Positions 1 to 10,276 of a stretch of DNA of 39,969 bases are shown here, piece by piece. The notes under the pieces were generated by a model, which searched no databases, was not told where the DNA came from, and saw nothing but the letters and a program-made list of their open reading frames with translations. The DNA is taken from contig RDOE01000025.1 in assembly GCA_011364975.1 (NCBI GenBank), positions 1 through 39,969 on the forward strand. Direction: 5' to 3'. This DNA comes from Promethearchaeota archaeon. GTDB taxonomy: Archaea; Asgardarchaeota; Lokiarchaeia; Sigyniarchaeales; SOKP01. Position 1 is the stretch's first letter; each line of letters starts with the position of its first letter. The position numbers and the translations under genes are program-made.

Positions 1-14
1 TCTCCTTTTGGCAT
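1..14 (-). CDS. possible 5' end of a gene running off the left edge (M-P-K-G...)
   Basis: Minus-strand ATG at 14-12, preceded by a GAGG purine tract and an AT-rich region divergent from 369. Only 4 codons are visible. Confidence 0.3.
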
Positions 15-368
15 ATTATTTTCCTCTTTTGTTTAATTTTTTTTGAATAATTATTCTCTTTATATAATTATTATAAAATTAGCTATTTAAATATTATGAA
101 TAATTATTCGATATTCCATAATCTCACATTTACAATCTATTTAATAATTATAAGAAAGAGTAAACAAAATTCAAAGGTTGAGGGCTGAATTTAAGAGATA
201 TTGCTAAAGTAAGATACAATATTCGAATTTATTATGAATATTGGTCTTATAAATTCTTTAAACTATAATACATAAATAAATTGTAATTATTTTATAAATG
301 AGATAATCAATAATTAAAAATTAAATTAAAAAGAAGTAAATGCAAATTAAATTAGGAAGTTTTATGTC

Positions 369-1151
369 ATGATACGATTTGTTCATTTCTTTAATTATTC
401 AACAAAAGTTTCAATTGAGGACGGAGAAAAGTGGTATTTAGATGAGCATGTTCCTCGAACTAAGAGATTACCCGGTTTGATCGGTTATTTTTCTTGGAGA
501 TCTATCGATCCCGGTATACCTTTTCCTCACCCTGCTGCGCCTACACCTTTTGATCAATTTATACGTAGGAGTGAATTGGTTTTCAAGGATATTAAAGCAT
601 GGCGGAATGCAATGGAGTTTGATCAAGATATCTGGATTGCCTCTGAGGAAGAAATGCCAGGTTTCCGGGAATTTGAATGTATGTTACTCGAAGAGGAACC
701 CCAGTATGATCTCCTTAGAGATGCTCCTCCGCAACAATATAAATATATGACATTACCACTTTGGTGGCCAAATGGCAGACCTACTGTTGATTTAAACGCA
801 AATATATTTATAGATTCATATTGTATTCAATACAACCCTAAATATCCGGAAGATATTGGTGAAGATTGGTATCTTGGTCATCATACTCGAGAAGGAAAAC
901 AGCTGCCAGGAATGAAACACTACAAAACATGGAAGACCGCTCATGTTTCTGACGATTTAAAGAACCCGTTTTTAAAAGTTAACAAATGGTATCGTCTTAC
1001 CGAGCTGGGTATGAGCATTGAAGCATTCCATGCTACTATGGTAAACAAAGAAACACGGATAAGGTTTACACCATCTCCATTTGGTAATGTTATAGGCGGT
1101 TGGTTAAATATTGGGATTAAGTTAGAAGATGTGCAGGAATTTATAAAATAG
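369..1151 (+). CDS. tandem EthD-like (dimeric alpha+beta barrel) domain protein
   Basis: Two internal copies of the EthD signature: WYLDEHVPRTKRLPGLIGYFSW and WYLGHHTREGKQLPGMKHYKTW, followed by RRSEL and RLTEL respectively. Confidence 0.7.
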   Translation: MIRFVHFFNYSTKVSIEDGEKWYLDEHVPRTKRLPGLIGYFSWRSIDPGIPFPHPAAPTPFDQFIRRSELVFKDIKAWRNAMEFDQDIWIASEEEMPGFREFECMLLEEEPQYDLLRDAPPQQYKYMTLPLWWPNGRPTVDLNANIFIDSYCIQYNPKYPEDIGEDWYLGHHTREGKQLPGMKHYKTWKTAHVSDDLKNPFLKVNKWYRLTELGMSIEAFHATMVNKETRIRFTPSPFGNVIGGWLNIGIKLEDVQEFIK

Positions 1152-1292
1152 CTGAAAAGTGAAGTAGAAATAAAAACTGATTTGATTATATCATTTTTCA
1201 TGATCTTTAATCATTTACTCTTATAATTTAGCACTTAATCCTAATAGTATAACTATATTTCCTTTCATTCCTATAAAAGTTTTTAACAAAAA

Positions 1293-2093
1293 TTATGAAA
1301 AAAGTTCGATACAGATATCAGCTGATAGCCAAAAGAATTTTTCATAAAAGTCGACCGATCTCATTTTAAGACGACGATCCCATGTTAATCCACTAACATC
1401 ATCTCCACCAGCTAAAATATATCCTAATCTTACATTTCTAAATTGAGCTACAGCAAATAACGCAGCAGCTTCCATTTCTACTATTATGGCTCCTTCAGCT
1501 ATTCTTCTTTGTATTTTTCCATAAGTTTCACGGAAAAATCCATCAGTTGTCCATGTTTTGCCAACCTGATACTTTATTTTTTTTTTAAAAAGAAAAGATT
1601 GCATTTTTTCTACTATTTCAGAATCAGCTTTAATTTCTCTGAAGGGAGGGATATAGTGATAAGAAGTACCTTCATCTCTTATTGCTGATGTTGGTATGAT
1701 AAATTGGTTTGTTAATATTTCACTATCTAAAACACCACATGATCCAATTACGATAAATTTTCTACATCCTAATGCGATAGCTAATTCCAAGTTTCCCGCG
1801 GCGAAAGGAGCACCTAATCCAGGAGTTATGACTGCTAATCTTTTTCCGTTATGTAATAAACCATAAAGTGTAATAGGGGGAGTTATTGTTGATTCAATTC
1901 GAGCAATTTCTTCCAAAAATCCTTCCTTACTTAGTTGTTGTATCACATGATAATAAAATGGAAATATACAAATTTCTGGTACTTCTTTTTTTTCTATAAT
2001 TAAAGATGGATCTATAATCGCCTTTTTATTTGAATCAAATTCTAAAATAGGGTAATTTATTGATGACATAATTATCTTAAGACGTAATTTCAA
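1293..2093 (-). CDS. nucleoside phosphorylase (PNP/UDP phosphorylase family 1)
   Basis: Motifs GLGAP, IGSCG, AIRDEGTSYHY, WTTDGFFRET, VEMEAAAL. The true start may be the ATG at 2069 (MSSINYP). Confidence 0.9.
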   Translation of the reverse strand: MKLRLKIIMSSINYPILEFDSNKKAIIDPSLIIEKKEVPEICIFPFYYHVIQQLSKEGFLEEIARIESTITPPITLYGLLHNGKRLAVITPGLGAPFAAGNLELAIALGCRKFIVIGSCGVLDSEILTNQFIIPTSAIRDEGTSYHYIPPFREIKADSEIVEKMQSFLFKKKIKYQVGKTWTTDGFFRETYGKIQRRIAEGAIIVEMEAAALFAVAQFRNVRLGYILAGGDDVSGLTWDRRLKMRSVDFYEKFFWLSADICIELFS

Positions 2094-2230
2094 AGTTTAC
2101 TAAATATATTTAATCTGAAAGTTATTAAAAATTAATGAATATGGAAGATTTTAAATGAGGTCTTTAAACTCATTTTTTAGCATATAGGAGAATTCTCCAT
2201 AGTTTAGATCGTAAATTAGATGAGTTAAAT

Positions 2231-2977
2231 TTATCTGTAAATGACAGAAGGAACCTCAATTTCAATAACTGTATAGTTTTCACTGCTCCATGATTCAATT
2301 ATTCCAGCCCAAACGGGACAGCTTTGGCTCCGAGGTCTTATATACACTTGAACCCAATCATGTGGGGCAATCATAACATGCCGTGATAATTCCATTTCCC
2401 AGAATTCTGATCGAAAAAGATAATGTTCTACGACCAAAATCTGAGGGGCATTATCAAAACTATCCCATATAATACTTTCGTTGATTCCGAATGATGGTTT
2501 ATTAATAGATAGATACGAAATGAATTCATCTCTCATACCAACAACTTCAGAAATATTTTTTGCGAACCAATCTATCACTTCTACAATCGCAGAACCTTTT
2601 ATCATCGCATTAGCATTACTAACTATAGCTTCAACTTCAATTATATTATTCAAGTGGGTTGAATTGGGATTAATGAACACTTCCAGAATTTTTTTATTTG
2701 GGTCATTATTCCATACTTTATATTCCAAATCAATTGTTTCATTTGTTTGCACTGTAATTGAAAGATTCTCTAATAGTCTAGAATTATAAATATTTATCTC
2801 TGCTAATAACCAAGCAGTGTGGTTTGGAAATGATTTAACGTAATTCGGGATGAAAGTGATGTTGGATTTATCCTTATTAACCGAAAGGAAGATAAATATT
2901 AAAGGAGCTAAAATTGAAGCTAACACAAATACAACTATGAAAAAAATGATGAAAAATTTCTTAGTTTGGAGTTTCAT
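2231..2977 (-). CDS. hypothetical membrane-anchored/secreted protein
   Basis: 248 aa ORF with a basic N-terminus, a long hydrophobic helix, then a soluble domain with several N-x-S/T sequons. Confidence 0.7.
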   Translation of the reverse strand: MKLQTKKFFIIFFIVVFVLASILAPLIFIFLSVNKDKSNITFIPNYVKSFPNHTAWLLAEINIYNSRLLENLSITVQTNETIDLEYKVWNNDPNKKILEVFINPNSTHLNNIIEVEAIVSNANAMIKGSAIVEVIDWFAKNISEVVGMRDEFISYLSINKPSFGINESIIWDSFDNAPQILVVEHYLFRSEFWEMELSRHVMIAPHDWVQVYIRPRSQSCPVWAGIIESWSSENYTVIEIEVPSVIYR

Positions 2978-3042
2978 TGGTTAAAAATTTCCTCGTTTTG
3001 TACAAATAAACCAGAATCTCAAAATATAAAGTTTGTTGTTAT

Positions 3043-5442
3043 TTAGAAATTATGCTCTAATCTATCGATAATATCATTTTGAATGGGGGTTCCAAGATCA
3101 ACGAAGGTTGCATTATATCCCCCTACTTTAACTATCAAATCAGAATAGTTTTCAGGATGCAGCTGAGCATCCTTTAAAGTTTCTGTAGATACTACGTTAG
3201 GTTGTATTTGCATACCTCCTTTTTCAAAATAGCCTTTAAGAAGGAAAAATAATTTTTCGATTCCTTCTTCGGTATCAAGATTTTGAGGATGAATTCTTAC
3301 ATTTACCGCAACGCCATTGGTTGCATAATCATAATTCAATTTCGCTACAGAATTTAATATAGAAGTCAAACCATTTTTTTCCACTTTATTTACAGGGGAT
3401 AAACTATTTGAAATAGGTTCCATTGCTTTTCTACCATCAGCACTCGCTCTTGTAAAGAACCCTTCCATTACGTGGATTCCCATCGAATATGCTCCAGCAC
3501 TATATCTCCCTCCTCTTAAAGGTTTATATTTAGCTACTTCTTGAGTAAATAGATTCCATAACTCTACTGCAAATTTGTCTATTTCCTCCTTATCATTTCC
3601 CCATTTATCGTATTTATTCATTAATTTTTGTCTTAACTGATCATTACTTTCAAAATTTGAATTTAGAATCCCAATAAATTCACTAAGACTCATTTGCTTT
3701 TTTTCGAAGATTACCTTTTTAAGAATAAATAAAGAATCGACTAATGTCGCAAAACCATAACCAGTAATTGAAGAAAAGTTATATTTTGCTCCCCCACATA
3801 CATAATCTCTTCCGTTCTCTAGACATTTTTCTATGAACGCTGAGGTGAATGGGTGCTGAAAGAACTTCATTGCCTCCTGGTCCCCTATTTCTGCCAGTTT
3901 TACACATAGTTGAATATTATAGCTTAATTGCTCCTTAAAAGCATCAAAGAACTCATTAAATGTTCTGAACGAATTTGGTTCTCCTGTTTTTAATCCATCA
4001 AATCCTTTTGTTAAGTTACTGTATCCATTATTTAAGGTTAATTCTAAAACACCCGGTAAATTCATGAACATTCTACCAGTAGCAGAGAATGCATTCCCCT
4101 GTCCTGTAGGCTCAACGCATCCTATTATTACATAATCTCGAGCATCTTCTAATAAATATCCTGATTTGATTAATGCAGGTATTATAACATCATCATTATA
4201 AAAAGCAATTCCAGATGTTTGTCTAAAAACCCGTAATGCTTCCGTGAAGAACTCTTTTGGTGTATTTTTGTTAATCCTGACTGATAAATCTGTGGTAAAA
4301 ACTTTCAAATTTTTATACGCTTCTAAAAAGAGGTATGATAATTCATTAGTAATATCCTTTCCTTCTTTATTCACTCCCGATATGGTGATAGTTTGCGTAT
4401 TTTGCCCAAAAGCGTTAGCAACCATGGTAAAATCTGTAGGTAGAAGGGTCACATTCCAAGTTAATTTCAAATTTAACTCTTCTATGAGTTCTAAAGCAAA
4501 TTTTCGAGTTAGTCTTCCCCTTTTCAAATCATTTTGGTAATAGGGCCATAAAATCTGATCTAATCGTCCTAAAGCTAATACACTTCTTTGATAGATGATA
4601 TTTGCGATGTTTTGAGTGAACCAAATATATTGTATCGCTTCATAAAATGATTCGGGACATTCAAAACAAAATTTTTTCATCATCTCTCCAATAATTCTTA
4701 ATTCTTCTTTTCTGCTCGGATTTTGTTCCACGACTGCCATTTCAAAGGCAAGTTTCGAAAATCTATTAGCAAAATCAATAGCCCCTTGATAATATATTTT
4801 AACCGCTTCATAAAAATTAAATTTTTCGAGATAATCTGGATCTTCTTTATTAATTTTTAATTGAAGGATATTTGCTTTATCTATTATTCCCTTATATCCT
4901 AATTTCAAAAGCTTTTCATAACCAGCACTTAAATGACCTTCTGTAGTTCCAATATGGACAGCAATATTTGGTGCTAACGCTTCTAATTTGTTTGTTCCCT
5001 TTATTAGTTTTTTTTGCAATAATTTTTCTGTAATAATATCTCCGTCTAAGGATCTTCCTTTCCAAAATGAAATCATATCTAATATTTCATCTATTTCCTC
5101 GTCATTCACATAAAAGGGTTGTATCGCTCGCTTTGCTAATTTCTTATAGGTTATTTTTTTATCAAAACTATTATCATAACGTTGCAAATCAAGATTTATT
5201 TTTTCCCCTAGATTTTTGCTAGTTTCATTTCCTACTAGAAGTTCATGCTCTCTAATGAAAATGGTCATGTTTTTCAAAGTATGGGAAACAGCTTTGGCTC
5301 TCTTAATAATTTCAGGGTCATTAGGATACTTTTTATAAATTTCTGTAAAATATTTCATACGTTCTACACAGAGTTCATACTTACTTGATAAAAGATTCTG
5401 TTTTAGTTTTGTAGTTCTAGTTATTTCATTTTCACACATCAA
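3043..5442 (-). CDS. glycyl radical enzyme (PFL2/glycerol dehydratase/CutC-like family)
   Basis: ~800 aa with ELLVG, GRLDQILWPYY, Cys loop IIGCVEP, SADGR and C-terminal Gly loop HPENYSDLIVKVGGY. Confidence 0.92.
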   Translation of the reverse strand: MMCENEITRTTKLKQNLLSSKYELCVERMKYFTEIYKKYPNDPEIIKRAKAVSHTLKNMTIFIREHELLVGNETSKNLGEKINLDLQRYDNSFDKKITYKKLAKRAIQPFYVNDEEIDEILDMISFWKGRSLDGDIITEKLLQKKLIKGTNKLEALAPNIAVHIGTTEGHLSAGYEKLLKLGYKGIIDKANILQLKINKEDPDYLEKFNFYEAVKIYYQGAIDFANRFSKLAFEMAVVEQNPSRKEELRIIGEMMKKFCFECPESFYEAIQYIWFTQNIANIIYQRSVLALGRLDQILWPYYQNDLKRGRLTRKFALELIEELNLKLTWNVTLLPTDFTMVANAFGQNTQTITISGVNKEGKDITNELSYLFLEAYKNLKVFTTDLSVRINKNTPKEFFTEALRVFRQTSGIAFYNDDVIIPALIKSGYLLEDARDYVIIGCVEPTGQGNAFSATGRMFMNLPGVLELTLNNGYSNLTKGFDGLKTGEPNSFRTFNEFFDAFKEQLSYNIQLCVKLAEIGDQEAMKFFQHPFTSAFIEKCLENGRDYVCGGAKYNFSSITGYGFATLVDSLFILKKVIFEKKQMSLSEFIGILNSNFESNDQLRQKLMNKYDKWGNDKEEIDKFAVELWNLFTQEVAKYKPLRGGRYSAGAYSMGIHVMEGFFTRASADGRKAMEPISNSLSPVNKVEKNGLTSILNSVAKLNYDYATNGVAVNVRIHPQNLDTEEGIEKLFFLLKGYFEKGGMQIQPNVVSTETLKDAQLHPENYSDLIVKVGGYNATFVDLGTPIQNDIIDRLEHNF

Positions 5443-5606
5443 GTTAGATATGGCACCGTAATGTCTATTCTATTATTCTTTTAATTGATATACAATTGTA
5501 AATAATATTGAATCGTATTTATTAAAATTTGATTAAGAAAATTATAAGTATTTATTTTATTACTACCAGTTAAAATTAATGAAATGATATTAACGAGAAC
5601 AAAATT

Positions 5607-6461
5607 ATGGAATTTGAAACAATAAATTTTGAATTAAGAGCGGATGGTATTGGAATAATAACACTAAATCGACCCGATAATTTAAATGCTTTATCCTTCC
5701 AAATGATCCAAGATTTACATGAGATTTTTGACCATCTTATGGTTAATTTGGACTGCAGAGTTGTAATCTTAAAAGCAAATGGTCGGGTATTTTGTGCTGG
5801 ATTAGATTTAAAAGAATCAACTATTCTTCAATCAAAAAAAAAGCCACCAGAACTTAAGGAAAAATTTTTCTTTATAGATGCTCCAGACAAAGACATTATT
5901 AAAGCGAAATTATATACTCAAATGCATACGAGTCAAATATTTATAAAAATGCGTAGAATTACCCAGCCAATAATAGCAATTATTAATGGTGCTGCTTCAG
6001 GAGTAGGTTTTGCACTTACATTATCTTCTGATATACGTATAGTAAGTAATAAAGCAAGATTTAATAATGCGTTTATAAATGTAGGATTTTCAGGATCCGA
6101 TTTAGGAAGTAGTTATCACCTCCCAAGACTTATCGGCATGTCAAGAGCTGCCGAAATAATGTACACAGGTCGTTTCATTAATGCCGAAGAAGCAGAAAAA
6201 ATAGGATTAGTCTCTCGAATCGTTGAAGAAGAAAAATTATTTGATTCTGCACTTGAGCTGGCAGAAGAGTTGCTAAAGAAAAGCCCTTTAGGGCTAAGAA
6301 TGACTAAGCAAGCCATTAATCTTAGCCTTGATTCTCCCAGCTTAGAAACACTTATTCAACTAGAGAACAGAGCGCAAATGCTTTGTTCAACATCTGAAGA
6401 TATGATGGAAGGGATTCAAGCATTTTTGGAAAAAAGAGAACCTCAATACCCCTTAAAATGA
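5607..6461 (+). CDS. enoyl-CoA hydratase/isomerase (crotonase fold)
   Basis: ITLNRPDNLNAL, FCAGLDL, PIIAIINGAASGVG, LPRLIGMSRA, AEEAEKIGLV. Confidence 0.92.
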   Translation: MEFETINFELRADGIGIITLNRPDNLNALSFQMIQDLHEIFDHLMVNLDCRVVILKANGRVFCAGLDLKESTILQSKKKPPELKEKFFFIDAPDKDIIKAKLYTQMHTSQIFIKMRRITQPIIAIINGAASGVGFALTLSSDIRIVSNKARFNNAFINVGFSGSDLGSSYHLPRLIGMSRAAEIMYTGRFINAEEAEKIGLVSRIVEEEKLFDSALELAEELLKKSPLGLRMTKQAINLSLDSPSLETLIQLENRAQMLCSTSEDMMEGIQAFLEKREPQYPLK

Positions 6462-6561
6462 GAATAGTAAATCAGAGAAGCGTAATTTAAAGCAACTCCA
6501 AAATTTTTTAACTAAATCTAAATTATTTTACAATAATTTTTATAACTATTAGTGGAATGCA

Positions 6562-7407
6562 ATGGACTTTAAAACAATTAAGTTTGAACTTAGAGATAAT
6601 GGAATTGGAATTATTTCGTTAAATCGACCAGAAAAATTGAATGCAATCAATTTTAAGATGGAAGAGGAGCTCCATTCTGTGCTAGATAGTTTAATCGCTA
6701 ATCTTGATTGCCGAGTGGTAATATTCAGAGGAGAAGGTCGGGCTTTTTGTGCTGGAACCGATCTTCAAGAGGGTTCTATATTAAATGTTAAAAAAGTGCC
6801 AGAAGGATATGAAAATATTTATTTTTTAGATGTTTCCGAAACATTAAAGAAAAAAATTTATCACCAATGGCATATTAGTCAAATTTTTGTTAAAATGCGT
6901 AAAATCTCGCAACCCATTATAGCCATAGTGCAAGGTGCTGCCGCAGGAGGAGGATTTGGATTTGCAATGGCCTCAGATTTTAGGATTGTTGCTGATGATG
7001 TTAAATTTATAAATGCTTCGATAAATATCGGTCTTACAGGGGCAGATGTCGGTGGAAGTTATTTCCTACCAAGATTAATTGGTTTATCAAGAGCAGCTGA
7101 AATTTTATATACAGGAAGAGAAGTTAACGCTGATGAGGCTATCGAAATTGGTTTAGCAATTAAAAAAGTATCAAAGGAGCAATTATTAAACACTGCATTA
7201 AACCTAGCTGAAAATTTATTAAAAAAAAGTCCTTTAGGGTTAAGATTAACGAAGCAAGCTATTAATCTTTCTATGGATGCTCCTAGTTTAGAAACTATTT
7301 TACAACTTGAAAACAATGGAATTGTACTATCTTTTTCTTCTAAAGATGTAAATGAAGCCTCTACAGCTTTTTTTCAAAAAAAAGAACCTAAATATCCCCT
7401 TAAATAA
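6562..7407 (+). CDS. enoyl-CoA hydratase/isomerase (crotonase fold), tandem paralog
   Basis: SLNRPEKLNAI, FCAGTDL, GAAAGGG, LPRLIGLSRA. Colinear with the upstream gene, and both end EP(Q/K)YPLK. Confidence 0.92.
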   Translation: MDFKTIKFELRDNGIGIISLNRPEKLNAINFKMEEELHSVLDSLIANLDCRVVIFRGEGRAFCAGTDLQEGSILNVKKVPEGYENIYFLDVSETLKKKIYHQWHISQIFVKMRKISQPIIAIVQGAAAGGGFGFAMASDFRIVADDVKFINASINIGLTGADVGGSYFLPRLIGLSRAAEILYTGREVNADEAIEIGLAIKKVSKEQLLNTALNLAENLLKKSPLGLRLTKQAINLSMDAPSLETILQLENNGIVLSFSSKDVNEASTAFFQKKEPKYPLK

Positions 7408-7591
7408 ATAATTTGTATGAAAATATATTTGATGAAAATTAGAGTTTTTTAAGGTCTTGGTTATTTTAAAGGCTAATTTAAGCAATCTCATTTTGATCCG
7501 TATACATTGTTAGGTTTATAAGCAATGTGAATTAATATAATATTCAATATCTAGCAATAAAATCAAAAATAAAAAATACGGTTAACTAGAT

Positions 7592-8764
7592 ATGAAAAAA
7601 ACAAAAATTTTAACCATAATAACCCTTTCTTTGTTAGTTTTTCTTCCTTTCATTAGATTCAGTACATCACAAGGAGCTTATGTTGGAACCCAAGAGGGTG
7701 ATGAATACTTATGGCAACTTAGCGTATATTCGCTTAATTTTGGTACTTATTTTGCAGATAATTTAGAAGATAGTTTAGGTATTCTCTTTCCACTCGGAGA
7801 TGAGTATAACATGACGAGAGTGTATGGTGACTGGAGTTGGGGTAGTCCTCCGCAATCTAATTGGCCTATAACTGTAAATGCTATCGGTACCGAAGAAACT
7901 GGGCAACTTCTACCTCTTGATCCTACAATTATAACCTCAACACCTGTTAATGGAACAGCAGGGTATGAAATTCCCTCCTTACCTATATACAATACATACT
8001 GGGATAGTACTTGGTATATCGTGAACGATACTTCAAGTTATATACATCAAACACTTTACTTAGCGCTTTTTTTTAGCGGGTATGGAATAATGGGGGTTCC
8101 TTTTATACCTACAACCATTAACTGGGCAACTTTTGTATCGGAATCACTTGCAGCGATGAGCATTTTCGGAGGGCTTTATAATAATGTTTCTCTAACAGCG
8201 TTATCTAATGGTTTCACATTAAACGTACCTCCCTTAGGGTTTGATAATAATAGTGTAGCCATTGATATCGAGGTTAACTATGATGCAAATGGGGTTCTTA
8301 CATATTATGAATTTTCATATGGGGCGCAAATGCTTGTTAAATATACTTTAGTAGAACCATTTGCTCCGGTGATAACTAGCACTCCAGTTGACTTTTCTGT
8401 TGAGACCGGTTACACTGGTGTTTCAATCCAATGGACAGCAACAGATTTAAGTCCAAATACTTACACAATAGCGCTTCAGGGTAGTGGTAATGTAGCAGGT
8501 CCCTTGGCATGGTCAAGCGGTTCAGCAATTACATACAATGTTCCCACTGGTTTAATTGCAGGTAATTATACCTATACTATTACCATTACAGATGATTATG
8601 GTTTATCTGTTACTGATTCCGTTATAATGACTGTTGAAGAGTCAGAACCAGAACCCCAACCCGAACCAGAAGGAATTCCTGGATATGATCCATTAATCGT
8701 AATAGGTGTTTTTACAATTGCTTCATTTGGTCTATTTGTTTTAATTAAGAAAAATAAGAAATAA
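7592..8764 (+). CDS. secreted surface glycoprotein with Ig-like domain and Loki-CTERM/PGF-CTERM-like sorting tail
   Basis: N-terminal signal peptide (MKKTKIL...), Thr-rich beta domain (GNYTYTITITDDYG), EP-rich linker, then IPGY + TM helix + KKNKK. Confidence 0.8.
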   Translation: MKKTKILTIITLSLLVFLPFIRFSTSQGAYVGTQEGDEYLWQLSVYSLNFGTYFADNLEDSLGILFPLGDEYNMTRVYGDWSWGSPPQSNWPITVNAIGTEETGQLLPLDPTIITSTPVNGTAGYEIPSLPIYNTYWDSTWYIVNDTSSYIHQTLYLALFFSGYGIMGVPFIPTTINWATFVSESLAAMSIFGGLYNNVSLTALSNGFTLNVPPLGFDNNSVAIDIEVNYDANGVLTYYEFSYGAQMLVKYTLVEPFAPVITSTPVDFSVETGYTGVSIQWTATDLSPNTYTIALQGSGNVAGPLAWSSGSAITYNVPTGLIAGNYTYTITITDDYGLSVTDSVIMTVEESEPEPQPEPEGIPGYDPLIVIGVFTIASFGLFVLIKKNKK

Positions 8765-8778
8765 AATAATATACAAAC

Positions 8779-8797
8779 ATTTTTTTTAACTTTTTTA
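8779..8797 (+). terminator. oligo-T archaeal terminator candidate
   Basis: T-runs (TTTTTTTT, TTTTTT) just downstream of the 8764 stop, in a convergent intergenic gap. Confidence 0.4.
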
Positions 8798-8948
8798 TAA
8801 TAAATTTTCAAATCTCTTGTATATTTAATCATTATTCAGATTCTAATCTCATTTTACCAAGCCATTCATATTTGAAAATTTAAAGATATTTTAGGTTTAA
8901 AGATTAAAAGTCATTGAATAATTTTTTATAATAAAAAAAACAAGAAAT

Positions 8949-9458
8949 TTATTTTCTTATTTGTACTTTTGGAGTTATCTTAGATGCTCCACCAAAATTG
9001 GTTATAACAGGACAATGGTTAGTTACTTTATCCATTAATTCATTAATTTTCTCTTCCGAAGCGTTTGCTTTGATTCTTATTACTGGTTCTAATTGATCAT
9101 AACCCGCAAGTTTAGAATCATCAATTCCAAATATTGCACCAAGATTGATATGACCCCGAGAAAAAACTTTCATTTCTTCGATTTCAATATCCATAATTTT
9201 AGCCCAAAAACGCGTCACTGCTATTATACATGCTCCAATAGAAGATAAGATGACTAATAATGGAGAAGGTCCTTTATTTGTTCCATCTAATCCTCCAGGG
9301 GCATCAATTAACAACTCAAATGGGTCTCCCCCAGGATTTCCCATAATGCATTTTACTTGCATTCCATCTGGAAGCATGTCACACTCAATATTAAAGTTTT
9401 TTTCTCCTGCTCCCCAATCCTTCTCAATTGCTTCATATGTTTCTTTAAAACTAGGCAT
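8949..9458 (-). CDS. OsmC/Ohr family protein
   Basis: IDAPGGLDGTNKGPSPL, SIGAC and NHCPV carry the two conserved Cys of the OsmC fold. Confidence 0.85.
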   Translation of the reverse strand: MPSFKETYEAIEKDWGAGEKNFNIECDMLPDGMQVKCIMGNPGGDPFELLIDAPGGLDGTNKGPSPLLVILSSIGACIIAVTRFWAKIMDIEIEEMKVFSRGHINLGAIFGIDDSKLAGYDQLEPVIRIKANASEEKINELMDKVTNHCPVITNFGGASKITPKVQIRK

Positions 9459-9811
9459 TTTTCATCAATTTTTTTTTAAACCAAATATTTATTCAAATAA
9501 TTATTCAAAAAACTTTTATATTAGTAACATTTGCTTTAGATTTAAATATAATGAATATGAATAAAAATTCATTAAAAAGAAAGAAAGGTTATTTTCATCA
9601 TATTCTCAAATAATTTTAAAAAAAAATCTCTTTACGGAATCTAGTTTTTGCTGAAAACTTATTTTTATTTCTACTCTTTTTAACATTTCGAATTCATTTT
9701 ATTTTTAAAAAAGGTGGATTTCAATGATATTCTTTAATATTTTTCTTATTTCGGGAAAATAAATATATATATTTTTAAATATATCTTAAATCAATCTTAA
9801 TATATACAAAT

Positions 9812-10276
9812 TTGTTAAGTGAAAAAAATATGAGTAAAAGTAAGGTAAAAACGTCGAGCAAGTTATTAAACCTTCTACTAATTATAATTGGTCTGCTTTT
9901 TATTATTAGAGTGGTATTAGACTTTTTATCATTATTCGGAATAATTCCTGAATTCCTAGGTGATATTAGTGCAATAATTGGGTCATCTGAAGCAATTACA
10001 ATCTTTGGGAGTCAAAGTTTGATCTCTCTTGCAATGGGTTTTTGGGCTATTGTTGCGGGAATTGGTCTATTTAAAGATGAAGAATGGGCAATGGGTCAAG
10101 CATTAGTTATTCTAAGTATAATGGTTATTTCGGGGATTTCTCCTATATTTGGTTGGATTACAAACCCTACATCATTTGACTTATACTCAATCTCAATGTA
10201 TATCACGTTATCAACCTTTATCATAGGTTTAGTTGGATTTATCTGGCTATTGGTGACGAGGAAGCGATATGATTAA
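9812..10276 (+). CDS. hypothetical integral membrane protein (~4 TM)
   Basis: Four hydrophobic segments and GIGLFKDEEWA. The start may be the ATG at 9830. Confidence 0.7.
   Translation: MLSEKNMSKSKVKTSSKLLNLLLIIIGLLFIIRVVLDFLSLFGIIPEFLGDISAIIGSSEAITIFGSQSLISLAMGFWAIVAGIGLFKDEEWAMGQALVILSIMVISGISPIFGWITNPTSFDLYSISMYITLSTFIIGLVGFIWLLVTRKRYD

Noticed and set aside
3043-5442. Calling the GRE pyruvate formate-lyase (pflB) or class III RNR (nrdD)
   Set aside because: It has a single Cys in GCVEP rather than PFL's adjacent Cys-Cys, and no NrdD zinc site or ATP cone.
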